Of a stretch of DNA of 64,000 bases, positions 1 to 10,900 are shown piece after piece (the first letter of the stretch is position 1; every line of letters starts with the position of its first letter). The stretch comes from Candidatus Eiseniibacteriota bacterium (GTDB lineage Bacteria > Eisenbacteria > RBG-16-71-46): contig JBBRLX010000002.1 in NCBI GenBank assembly GCA_038231135.1, forward strand, positions 64,001 through 128,000, read 5' to 3'. Both the position numbers and the translations under genes were made by a program. The notes under the pieces were generated by a model, which made no database searches, was not told the DNA's origin, and was given only the letters and a program-made list of their open reading frames with translations.

Positions 1-681
1 GCGGTACCCCGAGCCCATCACGATCTTCCACCAGTCCTCGGCCGTGCCCACCGCATGCGTGCCCGCCTCGGCCACCGCCTCGGCGCCCGCGATGCCGGCC
101 TTGTGGAACAACTCGAGCAGCTGGGCGGGCTCGGTCATGTCGTCCCACGGATTGAACGCCTTGTAGAGCTCGGGCCGCTCGACGCGCACGGCGTCCCAGA
201 ACACCCCGTTCATGCGCTCGAACAGCCGCGGCCCCCACATGGTCACCGCGATGCGGCCGCCCGGCTTTACTCCGTGCCATAGCGCCTTGAGTCCGCGCAC
301 CTTGTCGGGCAGGAACGAGACGCCGAACACGCACACTCCCACGTCGAAGCTGCCGTTCGACAGCTCCATCTGCTCGAAGTCGCCCGGCCGGAACTCCAGA
401 TTCGTGAGTCCCAGTTCCGTGGCCTTGGTGCGGCCCAGCGCGACCAGCTTGTCGGCGAGATCGACCGCCAGCACGCGGCCCGTCGGGCCGACGGCACGGG
501 CCGCCGGAATCGCGGACGCGCCGGTGCCGCTGCAGACGTCGAGCACGCGCTCGCCCGGAGCGAGATTCAATCGCTCGATGGTGGCGCTGCCGAACCGGTT
601 CCAGAACGACAGCGCGTCGTCGTCGTAGTGATCCGCCGCGGCGTTGTACAACTTCGCCGTGCGTCGATTGGCTTCTTCCAT
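1..681 (-). CDS. Class I SAM-dependent methyltransferase (UbiE-like), 3' end truncated by window edge
   Basis: Translated by hand (not in the ORF track because no stop lies inside the window): MEEANRRTAKLYNAAADHYDD...RVLDVCSGTGAS (SAM motif I)...GSFDVGVC...VKPGGRIAV. Confidence 0.88.
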   Translation of the reverse strand, partial: MEEANRRTAKLYNAAADHYDDDALSFWNRFGSATIERLNLAPGERVLDVCSGTGASAIPAARAVGPTGRVLAVDLADKLVALGRTKATELGLTNLEFRPGDFEQMELSNGSFDVGVCVFGVSFLPDKVRGLKALWHGVKPGGRIAVTMWGPRLFERMNGVFWDAVRVERPELYKAFNPWDDMTEPAQLLELFHKAGIAGAEAVAEAGTHAVGTAEDWWKIVMGSGYR

Positions 682-900
682 GAGATACCCCTGGGGGTGG
701 ACGGCCAGCATGGGCACTCTACCGGTTCGGCGCCGAACGGCCTATCCGGTCCGGCCAGGATGCCGATCGCGACTCCGGGGGTGCCGAACGGCCATGAATT
801 GGAGCCATCTCGAGGTTTGTGCGAAGCTGCGCCCCCGGCGTTCGTCCGCGGTGTCCGCGGGCATCCCGGGCCGTCCCCATCCGAGGAGCCGTTCGCCGCG

Positions 901-1446
901 ATGCCGTCCTCCGAGCACTGGCAGATCCCGCGCGTCGTGGACGTCATCGTCCGCGAACAACCGCGCTCGGTGCTGGACGTGGGAGCCGGCTGGGGCAAGT
1001 ACGGCGTGCTGTCGCGCGAGTATGCGAACCCGAACCGGGTCGACGCAATCGACGCGAACGAGCCGCGCTATCCCGTCTACGATCATGTCTACCGCGGCGA
1101 CATCGTGACGATCGACACGCTGTTGCCGAACGACGGGTTCCGGTATGACCTCGCGCTGTTCATCGACACGATCGAGCACCTGGAGAAACCACAGGCGTGG
1201 ACGCTGCTCGACCAGCTCACCCGCCGCGCGCGCCGCGTGCTGGTGACGACGCCGTGGGGCTTCCGCCACCAGGAGATCCCGGGCCAGCCGTTCGAGACCC
1301 ATCGCTCCGGCTGGTTGCCGTGGGAGTTCAAGGCCCGCTACGACGTGCACCGCACCCAGGTATTCCCGGGGCACTTCACGAAGCATCTGCGGTTGCCGCG
1401 GTTGTGGCAGATCTTGGTGTTGGTGGGGGCCCGCGGAGGCGGCTGA
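901..1446 (+). CDS. Class I SAM-dependent methyltransferase
   Basis: SVLDVGAGWGKYG motif I, DTIEHL post-II motif, RVLVTTP; ATG at 901 chosen within ORF 628..1446. Confidence 0.8.
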   Translation: MPSSEHWQIPRVVDVIVREQPRSVLDVGAGWGKYGVLSREYANPNRVDAIDANEPRYPVYDHVYRGDIVTIDTLLPNDGFRYDLALFIDTIEHLEKPQAWTLLDQLTRRARRVLVTTPWGFRHQEIPGQPFETHRSGWLPWEFKARYDVHRTQVFPGHFTKHLRLPRLWQILVLVGARGGG

Positions 1447-1479
1447 GCCGAACCGGAGCCCGCCTGCTGGAAGGGACAC

Positions 1480-2079
1480 GTGCGTAAGCTGCAGATCCTT
1501 GTCGTCGGCGGCGTGATCGTCACCCTGGTGTCTCTCGGGGTAGCGACCGGGTCGATGCTCGAGGTCGGACGTCTGAAAACGCGCCTCCGGTCGGCCCAGG
1601 CTCATGCCGATTCTGCTTCCTCATGGATGAGCGCCTTTCGTGATTCGCTGGCACACGGAGGCACGGCGCCACCCGTGCCCGCATACGCTGCCGGACACGA
1701 CAGCACCTGGTACGTGATGCTTGCCCGGAGTTCCTCGGCGCTGGAACACTTCTGGCACGAGCAGGCGATGAAGGCCCGGGCCTCGGGCAACATGATGCTG
1801 AGCAAAGGCGAGATCGAGAGCCTGCGTCGACAGGGACTGCAAGATCCCGTGGAGGATCTCCGGCACGACCTCGTCGCGCATCCAGAGCTGATTCCATACC
1901 GACCGACGCATGGCGAATTTCAATTCCTCGCCCCGGAAGAGATTGTGCTTCTACCCGGTTCCTGGGTATGCGCCTACTTCGAAGATGGAATGGTGCCTGG
2001 CCATCTTCTCCTTCGCTACCAGGTGCTGCCCGGCGGAAGGATCGTTTGGAGGCGCCTCGATGGGCAGCTCCAGAATTGA
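1480..2079 (+). CDS. Hypothetical protein with N-terminal membrane anchor
   Basis: 199 aa; GTG start preceded by AAGGGA; hydrophobic N-terminal segment followed by a soluble domain. Confidence 0.65.
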   Translation: MRKLQILVVGGVIVTLVSLGVATGSMLEVGRLKTRLRSAQAHADSASSWMSAFRDSLAHGGTAPPVPAYAAGHDSTWYVMLARSSSALEHFWHEQAMKARASGNMMLSKGEIESLRRQGLQDPVEDLRHDLVAHPELIPYRPTHGEFQFLAPEEIVLLPGSWVCAYFEDGMVPGHLLLRYQVLPGGRIVWRRLDGQLQN

Positions 2080-2119
2080 TGACTTGGACGCGGCGTTCCG
2101 CGAGAGTTGAGGCGATGCG

Positions 2120-2899
2120 ATGAGCCGGGTTCGAAGGATTCTGCTTGTGGTTCCACTGCTCAGCGTCATTGCGATTGGCGCGGTTGAGGCGAGCGTCGGG
2201 GGGCCTGCGCTGGCGGAGCTGCTCGGCTGGGATGCGCGCGCATCGAAGGTGTTCTTCCGAATCCAATACGTCGACGAGGGCAACCAGCCACCGAGAGTCT
2301 TCTGCTTCGACCTCGCTGCCCGGAAGCCGGCGCAGCTCACCCGCGTCTCGTGGAGTGAGCGTGACCGGCAGGACTCACTCTACGATGCGAACCTGGCGGC
2401 ATTGCGCCGCCGACTCCGACCGCTCGACGAGCATCTCTGTGAGACCATTCCCGCCGAGACCATCGTCATGGGAGTGGACACGTCGAGGACCCGCAACGGT
2501 CCATGGGCTCGCTATCACGTCCGTGTGAGGGACCCAATGTGCCTCGGAGACGCCACCCTCGAGATGACAACCGTAGGCGATCCGTGTGTTCGCCTGATCC
2601 GCCAGTGGACCATTCCAGGCCGCAGCGAGCGGATTGCGCTGGTGTCGTTCCGTGGTCTTCCGTATGAAACAGGGTACGAGGTCCAAGTGCCGGTCCTGCT
2701 TCCGCGCCCGGGAGAGCCCGCTCGCAACGTCGAGTTGCCGAAACGAGACCCGGGAGTAGCCGTTCACCATGCCTCATCGCAGGACGCACAGGCGTGCCGT
2801 CTGACGTTCGACTCCGCGCTCGAGTCGTACCCAGTAGAGCCCGGGCGCAAGAGCGCGATCGGGTTCGAGTCCGACCACGTGGTGCCCGCGACCCAGTGA
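2120..2899 (+). CDS. Hypothetical secreted protein
   Basis: Signal-peptide-like N-terminus (MSRVRRILLVVPLLSVIAIGAVEA); GAGG upstream; last 126 nt overlap the convergent gene. Confidence 0.55.
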   Translation: MSRVRRILLVVPLLSVIAIGAVEASVGGPALAELLGWDARASKVFFRIQYVDEGNQPPRVFCFDLAARKPAQLTRVSWSERDRQDSLYDANLAALRRRLRPLDEHLCETIPAETIVMGVDTSRTRNGPWARYHVRVRDPMCLGDATLEMTTVGDPCVRLIRQWTIPGRSERIALVSFRGLPYETGYEVQVPVLLPRPGEPARNVELPKRDPGVAVHHASSQDAQACRLTFDSALESYPVEPGRKSAIGFESDHVVPATQ

Positions 2900-4855
2900 T
2901 CCGACCGGCCACGACCCCAGGCGGCGTCCCGCCAGGTCCCACAACGCAAGCGTGGCGGGAGCCGAGCTGGTGAGGTCGAACGCGATCTTCGGCTCGCCGT
3001 TCACGGGATTGGTCTCGGGCCCCTCCAGGCGAAACGCGAGGTCGCTGCCAACGAGCAGCGAGACGCTCGACACCACGGTGCGCATGCTACCCGTCACGAG
3101 TTGGAGCGAGTAGGTGTAGCGTTCGCCCTCAATGACGTCACGGTCCTCGAGCGTGATGCGGCCGGTGCCGTCGGGCAGAGCGGTCGCGAGCTGGACCCAG
3201 TCGCCTGCCTGGTGGCGGCGTTCGACCTGGAAATGGCCCGGCAAGCCGGGATCGACGAGCCAGGTGATGCGGGCCGTGCCCGACGACGCGTCCGCGGCGA
3301 CCAGTGACGCCAGCGTCGCGGTGGTCCCGTTGGCGGGTACGTGCGTGCTGTAGATCTGTTGAGGATCGACCCGGCCGTCGCCCCAGGCCACGATCGCGCC
3401 ACCGTTACCATCGGCCACGATCGCCGGAAACTCCTGCTGGCCCGCGGCGGCACAGGCTGGAAATCCACCGATGGGCCAATGCCCCGCCAGCGTTCCCGTC
3501 GCGGTCACGCGCTGGACATAGATGTCGTCGTCGGTGCCGTTGCGCCCGTCCTGCCAGGCCAGCAGCAATCCGCCATGTCCATCGGGAGCGATCGCGATGT
3601 GCCGCTGGTCCCCCGGCGCCGTACAGATCGGAAGTCCATCCGCCGGCCAACCGGGAGCGAGCGTTCCATCGCCCCTCACGTGTTGCGCGTAGATGTCGCC
3701 GGTGCCGGTTCCGGTGCTGTCTCGATAGTCCACCCAGGCCACGAAAGCGCCGCCCGCACCATCGGTCGCGACCGAGGTAATTCCGACAGGAGTTCCGTAG
3801 TAATTCAGCGTTCCGCCCGGCGCGCTCGGATGCGAGCACACGAGCAGCCCGTCGGCTGGCCAGCCCGCGGCCGTGCTGTCGTTCGATAGGTAATGCTGTC
3901 CGTAGATCTGATTCGTCCTCGTGTCGTGCCAGAACACCAACGCACCACCGCTGCCGTCGGAGGCGATTCCGGGGTCTCCGCCGATGCCCCTGAACGGCCG
4001 GGTGATGGTGATGTTGTCACCCACCTGGACGTGGACGCCGAATGCTCCCCCGTTGGGCTCCGGCAATTCCGCATACAGGACGAACATGCCACGGCCGCTG
4101 TCGGGGACGATGCCAATCGCCCATTGGGAGGTATTGGGAACGTTGACGGCGATACCACCGGACCATCCGGTGTCTGGCGCGCCGCTGGTGGCCAGGCTCA
4201 TGGCGACGAGATCTTCGTGAGGAGCCCGATGCGTATGAGTCATCGCAAGTAATACGCCGCCATCGGGGCTCGTCGTGAGCGCCGGCGCGGTGTCGCCGGA
4301 TACGCCCTGCACAGCCGCCGGGGCGTCGCCGAGGCGGGCTGCCTCGACCAAGGGCTCTCCATAGAAGTCGATGCCCCCGGTCGGCCATCCCGTGGCATCG
4401 GTTCCCTGGCCGGTCATGTGATTCAGGACGAGACCGAGACCGGGGTTGAACGGATCATGCATCGAGGCCGCGAGATAGGCCCCACCCTGCCGGTCCGCCG
4501 CCATGACCGCGTCTTCGTCCATGGAGCAAATGAAGCGTCCCGATTCCGGCCAGCCGGGCCACACCTCGCCGGCAGGCGTTCGATGTTGCGCGAACTGGCC
4601 TGCCCGATTTCCACCCTCGATCCAGGAATAGATCGCGCCGCCGGCGCCGTCGGGCACCATCACGACCTGCACTTGTCGTCCGAGCGATGGGGCGACGGGG
4701 GCTCCGTTGTCCACCCATGTGGACGCGCGCAAGCTGAATGCGGAGCTGCTGGGAGCGATCGATGCGACGATCGTGAGCGTGACAATCAGCGTCGCGGGGA
4801 GAAGAGCGGGCGCGAAACACGCATGCCGGAAACGTGACTGCGGAACCGAGGCCAT
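2774..4855 (-). CDS. Secreted repeat (putative 8-bladed beta-propeller) protein with T9SS-like C-terminal domain
   Basis: Signal peptide; 8 repeats of DGxGGhhhhW...IYxQH...GWPxxG; C-terminal NP...LWDLAGRRL...GLYWVRL...TARLCVLR; start placed at MASVPQ. Confidence 0.8.
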   Translation of the reverse strand: MASVPQSRFRHACFAPALLPATLIVTLTIVASIAPSSSAFSLRASTWVDNGAPVAPSLGRQVQVVMVPDGAGGAIYSWIEGGNRAGQFAQHRTPAGEVWPGWPESGRFICSMDEDAVMAADRQGGAYLAASMHDPFNPGLGLVLNHMTGQGTDATGWPTGGIDFYGEPLVEAARLGDAPAAVQGVSGDTAPALTTSPDGGVLLAMTHTHRAPHEDLVAMSLATSGAPDTGWSGGIAVNVPNTSQWAIGIVPDSGRGMFVLYAELPEPNGGAFGVHVQVGDNITITRPFRGIGGDPGIASDGSGGALVFWHDTRTNQIYGQHYLSNDSTAAGWPADGLLVCSHPSAPGGTLNYYGTPVGITSVATDGAGGAFVAWVDYRDSTGTGTGDIYAQHVRGDGTLAPGWPADGLPICTAPGDQRHIAIAPDGHGGLLLAWQDGRNGTDDDIYVQRVTATGTLAGHWPIGGFPACAAAGQQEFPAIVADGNGGAIVAWGDGRVDPQQIYSTHVPANGTTATLASLVAADASSGTARITWLVDPGLPGHFQVERRHQAGDWVQLATALPDGTGRITLEDRDVIEGERYTYSLQLVTGSMRTVVSSVSLLVGSDLAFRLEGPETNPVNGEPKIAFDLTSSAPATLALWDLAGRRLGSWPVGSLGRGHHVVGLEPDRALAPGLYWVRLERGVERQTARLCVLR

Positions 4856-5038
4856 CGGGAACCCCCTGCGGAAGAGCGAACGGCTGGCTTTAAAGCAGTA
4901 ACCAGGGAACCCGGCGACCTCCATCAGGGTGGCGTGTCCAACACGATTGTCGCCCCGTGCAGACGGATCGTGCAAGCAGACGTGCAGGTGACGCCGCGGA
5001 AGGACTCTACCGCGGCGTCCACCCCGCACGCATCCGCA

Positions 5039-6739
5039 TCACCGGCACACGACGAGGCGCGTCGTCGAGGAGCGGTCAGCCCCGCTCATGCGAATGAAAT
5101 ACAGACCCGCCGCTACGTTCCGACCGCGGTCGTCGCGCAGGTCCCAGTGCAGCGTGCGCGCGCCGGACTCGAGATTGCCCTCCACGAGCAATCGAACCCG
5201 GCGCCCCGTGAGGTCCTGAATGGACAGCGAGGCATGCTGCGGCCGCGCGAGCTGGAGCGTGAGCGCGACGTCGGTGCGCGCGGGATTGGGCCACGCGCGT
5301 AGCGAACCGGCTGCAACGGAGCCAGGGGTGACGCCCAGGTTACCCGAGACTGGGACCCTGCCCACGAACACCCCATAGTTGGTGACGTCCTCCCAGCCGG
5401 CGAATGCGCCACCCGCACCATCCGACGTGATGCTCGGGTAGCCCTGGGCGCCCGGAGCGATCGAGACCGCCCGGCCCGCCGCCGGCCATGCCGGGTCGAT
5501 CGCGCCGTTCCCGAGGACGTGCTGCGAATAGATATCGAGAGCCTCATCGGCGGTGCCCCACACCACGATCGCGCCGCCTACTCCATCGGACAGCGCGGCG
5601 GGCGCGGCGTTCGCCACCGCGAGCGACCGGCCACCGGCGGGCCACGCCGGGTCGCTCACACCAGCGGAGGACAGGTGCTGGACGCGGATCAAGCTCGCGT
5701 CCTGATATACGGCCAGCACGCCATTGCCGGCATCGCGAAGCACTGCCACCAATGCCTGGCTGTTGGCGGTCGGATCGACCGCGAGCCCGGTCACGGGCCA
5801 GGCCGGATCCAGAGTTCCCCCGGCGAGCACGTGATGTAGGTACGTCTGGGTCGAGGATCCCCGGCTGTCGTCCCAGGCCACGAATACCCCGCCGGAACCG
5901 TCGATGACCGTCTTCCCATTCCCCTGCGAACCGGGCGCGGTGCATACGGCGAGACCATTGCTGGGCCAAACAGGATCCGCGGTTGCGTCGGGGAGCATGT
6001 GATGGACGTAGATGTCGCGCTCGTTGGGCTGCGACGGAACGAAGGTCTGCCAGGCGACGAATGCTCCACCTGCCAGGTCCGGCGACATCGCCGTGACGTT
6101 CTGGGAGTTGGATGCGTTGCAGATCTTGGAGCCCAGATCGTCCAATGGCGAGACCGAACCCAGTTGGTCCGCGTGCGCCGCGTAGACGTCGTTGTCCGTG
6201 CTGCCCCGGAAGTCCTGCCAGCTCGCCAACGCTCCGCCCGTCCCATCGGAAACCGCGAGCGGGCGCTTCTGATTGTACGCAGCGGCGCACATCAAGGCCC
6301 CGCCCGCGGGCCAGGCGGCATCGAGGTCGCCACCCTCCAGTATGTGAAATGCGTAGGTCCGCCACTGGCCGCCGCTCTTGGTATCGTTACAGACCAGCAC
6401 GACGCCACCGTGCCCATCGGCCATCAGCGCCGGAGCATTCGACTGCTGGTTGTTTTGATCGGGGACGATACCCGCGACCGGCCAGCGCGAATCGATGTCA
6501 CCCGAGCCCAACACGTGCTGCACGTGGATCAGGCCGAATGGACTGGTGGCGAACCACGCGACGAACAGGCCGCCAGATCCGTCGGCCTCCACGACGGGAA
6601 CCGTGGGATTCGCGACGTAGGAGATGCGCAGGCCCTGTGGAGGATCGTAGGACCAGGCGGCGTGCGCAGCCGGGCTCAGGAGAGCCGAAGAGGCGAGCGC
6701 GGCGAGGAGAATCGACGAGGAACGAGTGTAGCTTCGCAT
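5039..6739 (-). CDS. Paralogous secreted beta-propeller repeat protein with FlgD-Ig/T9SS-like C-terminal domain
   Basis: AHA signal cleavage site; 8 DGxGG/DPAWPxxG repeats; AWPNP...DLTGRRVRLL...WDLRDDRGRNVAAGLYFIRM; GGAGGG RBS. Confidence 0.88.
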   Translation of the reverse strand: MRSYTRSSSILLAALASSALLSPAAHAAWSYDPPQGLRISYVANPTVPVVEADGSGGLFVAWFATSPFGLIHVQHVLGSGDIDSRWPVAGIVPDQNNQQSNAPALMADGHGGVVLVCNDTKSGGQWRTYAFHILEGGDLDAAWPAGGALMCAAAYNQKRPLAVSDGTGGALASWQDFRGSTDNDVYAAHADQLGSVSPLDDLGSKICNASNSQNVTAMSPDLAGGAFVAWQTFVPSQPNERDIYVHHMLPDATADPVWPSNGLAVCTAPGSQGNGKTVIDGSGGVFVAWDDSRGSSTQTYLHHVLAGGTLDPAWPVTGLAVDPTANSQALVAVLRDAGNGVLAVYQDASLIRVQHLSSAGVSDPAWPAGGRSLAVANAAPAALSDGVGGAIVVWGTADEALDIYSQHVLGNGAIDPAWPAAGRAVSIAPGAQGYPSITSDGAGGAFAGWEDVTNYGVFVGRVPVSGNLGVTPGSVAAGSLRAWPNPARTDVALTLQLARPQHASLSIQDLTGRRVRLLVEGNLESGARTLHWDLRDDRGRNVAAGLYFIRMSGADRSSTTRLVVCR

Positions 6740-6854
6740 GAATCCCTCCAGGGTCAGGGTGCGATGGGGGGATGGACACTCTCAGTATTCTACTGATTAA
6801 GGACCGTGTCCAGAAAGTGAAAACTGCCTCGATAGCTTCCCAGAGTTTCCGGGC

Positions 6855-7856
6855 TCATTGACAATCGTTTACATTTCGGAGCCGTCGGTCCAATGGGCCC
6901 GTGGGTCCACGACCAGGCTCAACGTGGGCCGCCCCCGCTCCCCGATGCACCACCAGCTCCACCACGTCCGGCCGCGCGTAGTGCCCCGACACGTCGAGCG
7001 TCCACCGCGGCCCGGTGAGCCGCGCCGGGTCGATCTCCGCGTAGAGGATCCCCTCCTGCTCGTGGAGCGGGCCCGCCAGGAACTTGCCGTCGGGATCCAC
7101 GATCGCGCTGTCGCCGGGGTTGATCCATGCGCGGTCCGCCGGGTAGCGCTGCTTGAACGCATAGCGGTCCGGAATGTCGTCGCGGTGCACGGCCTGGCAG
7201 CAGCCGATCACCACGACGCGGCCCTCTTTCGCCACGTGCCGCAACGTCGAGGTCCACGGCTCGCCGCGATCCCAGGTGGCGGCGACGTGGATCTGGGTGC
7301 CGTCCTGATACAGCGCCTGCCTCGCCAGCGGCATGTAGTTCTCCCAGCACACGAGGCCCGAGACGCGGCCGAACGGCGTGGCATGGGCGCCCAGCGTGCT
7401 GCCGTCGCCGGCGCCGTGCACCAGGCGCTCGCCGCCGGTGGGCACCAGCTTGCGGTGGCAGCGCACGATCGCGCCCTGGTCATCGAAGAACAGCAGCGAG
7501 TTGTAGAGCGTCGCCCCGCCGCGCTCCCGGTTGCGCTCGTTGATGCCGATCACGACCCACGCGCCGGCGTCACGTGCGGCGCGGCCGAGGCGTTCGGTCG
7601 ATGCGTCCGGCACCGATACCGAATTCGCGAGCAGCTCGGCATAGAGCGCGTCGCGCTCCTTGCGATCGCCGGGCGGCAGCAGCCAGGTCCAGTCGGGATA
7701 AGCCGGCACGAACGCCTCGGGAAACGCGATCAGCCGTGCGCCCTCGCGCCCGGCTTCGGCGATGCGTTCGCACGCCTTGTCCACGGTGGCCTCGCGGTCG
7801 AGGAACACCGGCGCCGCCTGAACTGCGGCAATTCGAAACGAGGCAGCTGGGTTCAT
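6855..7856 (-). CDS. Nitrilase (carbon-nitrogen hydrolase family)
   Basis: Glu-Lys-Cys triad motifs FPEAF, HRKLVPT, CWENYMPL; C-terminal DVSGHYARPDV. Confidence 0.92.
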   Translation of the reverse strand: MNPAASFRIAAVQAAPVFLDREATVDKACERIAEAGREGARLIAFPEAFVPAYPDWTWLLPPGDRKERDALYAELLANSVSVPDASTERLGRAARDAGAWVVIGINERNRERGGATLYNSLLFFDDQGAIVRCHRKLVPTGGERLVHGAGDGSTLGAHATPFGRVSGLVCWENYMPLARQALYQDGTQIHVAATWDRGEPWTSTLRHVAKEGRVVVIGCCQAVHRDDIPDRYAFKQRYPADRAWINPGDSAIVDPDGKFLAGPLHEQEGILYAEIDPARLTGPRWTLDVSGHYARPDVVELVVHRGAGAAHVEPGRGPTGPLDRRLRNVNDCQ

Positions 7857-7935
7857 GGATCCTCCGAACCTGTGGGCCGCCCGCTGCCCGGCCCGCTGCG
7901 TTACGCTCGCATGGCCCGTCGCTTCGCGACGAGAA

Positions 7936-10900
7936 TCACGTGGTCTTCACCATGTAGTACGTGGCCGCCGGATGATGGACGACGATCGCGCTCGTCGACG
8001 CCTCGGGCACGAGCTGGTAGGCACTGGTGAGCGTCACGCCGATCGCCGTGTCGGGATGCAGCAGCTTGAACAGCTTCGCCTGATCCGCGAGCTCCGGGCA
8101 CGCGCTGTAGCCGAACGAATAGCGCTTGCCACGCTCGGGCTCGAGGCCCAGCTCGCCGCGGATCTTCTGGTGGTGCCATTCGGCAAGGCCTTCGGCTGCC
8201 GATACGCCGAGCCCGTGCACGAACAGCGCCTCGGCGTATTCGCCGCGCTGATCGAGTGCGGCACCCAGCTCGTCGACGTAGGGACCGACGGTCACCACCT
8301 GGCAGGCGAGCACGTCGAACCGGCTGGAATCGGCGGGCTGGAAGTAGTCCGACAGGCACAGGCCCTCGCGATCGTCCTGGCGCGGGAACGTGAACCGCAC
8401 GATCTCCTCGATCTTGCCGCGCGGGGTCAGCGAGTTCGGCGTGAACGCGGCGGGGTCGAACACCACGAGATCCTGCCCCTCGCTCTGCACGGGGAAGTAG
8501 CCGTACACCGCCGCCGGCTTGAGCCAGCCCTTGTGCTCGGCCTCGCGCTCGAGCTTCAACCGGCGCGGCTCGAAGTCCTCGCGGATCAGCCTGTCGTACT
8601 CCGCGCCGCTGCCGCGCGCGCCCCAGTGCAGCCGGTACAGCGTCTTGAGATCGATGCCGGCATACATGCCGGCGAACGACACGTCCTTGGTCCCGGTCAC
8701 CCGCGCTCCCCAGAACGGCGGGGACGGCACGGGGACGTTGCGGTCGACGAGCACCTTGAAGTCGCGCTGCTGCGCCGACGCCGCGGCGGAGCGCGCCTCG
8801 AGCTGCGACGACTGGGTCTTGAATTCGAACGCCTCCTTGCGGGAGCGCTCGACGGCCGCGGAGCGCTGCTCGGGATCGATCAGCTCGTTCATGGTGTCGA
8901 GGCCTTCGAACGCGTCCTTGCAATAGAACACGCCCGGGGAATAGAACACCTCGCCGTCGACGAGCGCCGTGCGCCGGCCGAAATTGCGATTGATCGCGGC
9001 GCCACCGATCAGCAGCGGGTACTTGAGCCCGGCGCGGTGCAGCTCGCCGACGCAGATCGGCATCTGCTTGCTCGTCGACACCAGCAGCGCCGACAGGCCG
9101 ATCGCGGTGGCATCGACCTCCTTCGCCTTGTCGAGGATCTTCTGCACCGGCACCTGCTTGCCCAGGTCGAACACGGTGAACCCGTTGTTCGACAGGATCG
9201 TCTTCACCAGGTTCTTGCCGATGTCGTGCACGTCGCCGTACACGGTGGCGAGCACGACGCGCCCCTTCGACACGTCGTCCTGCTTCTCGAGGTAGTTCTC
9301 GAGCTGCGCCACGGCGCGCTTCATCACCTCGGCGCTCTGGAGCACGAACGGCAGGATCAGCTCGCCCGAGCCGAACTTGTCGCCCACCTCCTTCATCGCC
9401 GGCAGCAGCACGGTGTTCAGCACCACGACCGGATCCTGGCGCTTTACCGCCGCGTCGACCAGCGCCTCGATGCCGCCCGGCTTGCGGTGCAGGATCTGGT
9501 AGTGCAGCCGCTGCTCGATCGTCATCGCCGCCAGCTCGGACTCCTCCTGCTTCTCGCGGCCCTCGGACGTGCGGCCCTCGAAATGCTGGATGAAGTTCGT
9601 GAGCGCGTCGGGAGTCCGATTGAAGATCAGGTCCTCGGCGAGCCGCTTGTCCTCGGCGGCGATCTCGGCATAGGGATCGATGTGCGCCGGATTCACGATC
9701 GCCATGTCGAGGCCGGCCTGCACGCAGTGGTACAGGAACACCGAGTTCAGCACCGCGCGCGCCTCGGTGCCGAGCCCGAACGACACGTTCGACACGCCGA
9801 GGCTGGTGAGCACGCCCGGCAGCTCCGCCTTGATGCGGCGGATGCCCTCGATGGTCTCGACGGCCGACGTCAGGAACTCCGCGTCGCCGGTGGCGAGCGT
9901 GAACGTCAGGTCGTCGAACACCAGCCGCTCCGGCGGCAAGCCGTACTCGTTCGTCACGATGTCGTGGATCTGCCGGGCCACCTCGAGCTTGCGATCCGCC
10001 GTCTTGGCCATGCCGGTGGGATCGATCGTGAGCGCGATCACCGCGGCGCCGTACCGCACGACCAGCGGCATCACGGCGTCGATGCGCTCGCGGCCATTCT
10101 CCATGTTGATCGAATTGATCAGGGCGCAGCCGGGATACGCCTTGAGCGCCTCCTCGATGACGTTCGCCTCGGTGGAGTCGATCACCAGCGGCGCCTCGAC
10201 GGACAGCGCGAGCTTCTTCACCAGCCGGCGCACCTGCGACGCCTCGTCGGTGCGCTCGGTCAGCGCCATGCACACGTCGAGCGTGTGGGCGCCGCCCTCC
10301 ATCTGCTCGCGCGCGACCGGGATCATCTCCTCGATGCGGTCCTCGAGCGCCAGCCGCTTCACCCGGCGCGAGCCCTGCGTGTTCAGGCGCTCGCCGATGA
10401 GCATTGGCGCCGGCTCCTGCCGCATCGACGTCGCGGTCATGCCGCTCGACAGGTACCAGCCGCTGCGGCCGGGGCGCGGCGTGGGCGCGCGCTGCCCGAT
10501 CGCCGCGGCCAGCGCGCGGATGTGATCGGGCGTGGTGCCGCAGCAGCCCCCGACGATGTTCACGCCCAGCTCGACGACGAATTCGCGCAGCGTCTCCGCC
10601 ATCGGGTCCGGCTTCATCGGATACAACGTGCGCCCGCCGTCGTTGATCGGCAGCCCGGCATTCGGGATCACGTGGATCGGCGTGCCGGCGTTCTGCGACA
10701 GGTAGCGCACGGAATCCCGCATCAGGTCGGGACCCGTCGAGCAGTTGAGTCCGATGATGTCGGCACCCATCGCCTCGAGCGTCGCGAGCGCGCCGCGGAT
10801 GTCGGTGCCCAGCAGCATGCGGCCGGTGGGATCGAGCGTGACCGAGCACTGCAGCGGCACGCGCCGGCCGGTGGCGGCCATCGCCGCGCGGGCGGCCAGC

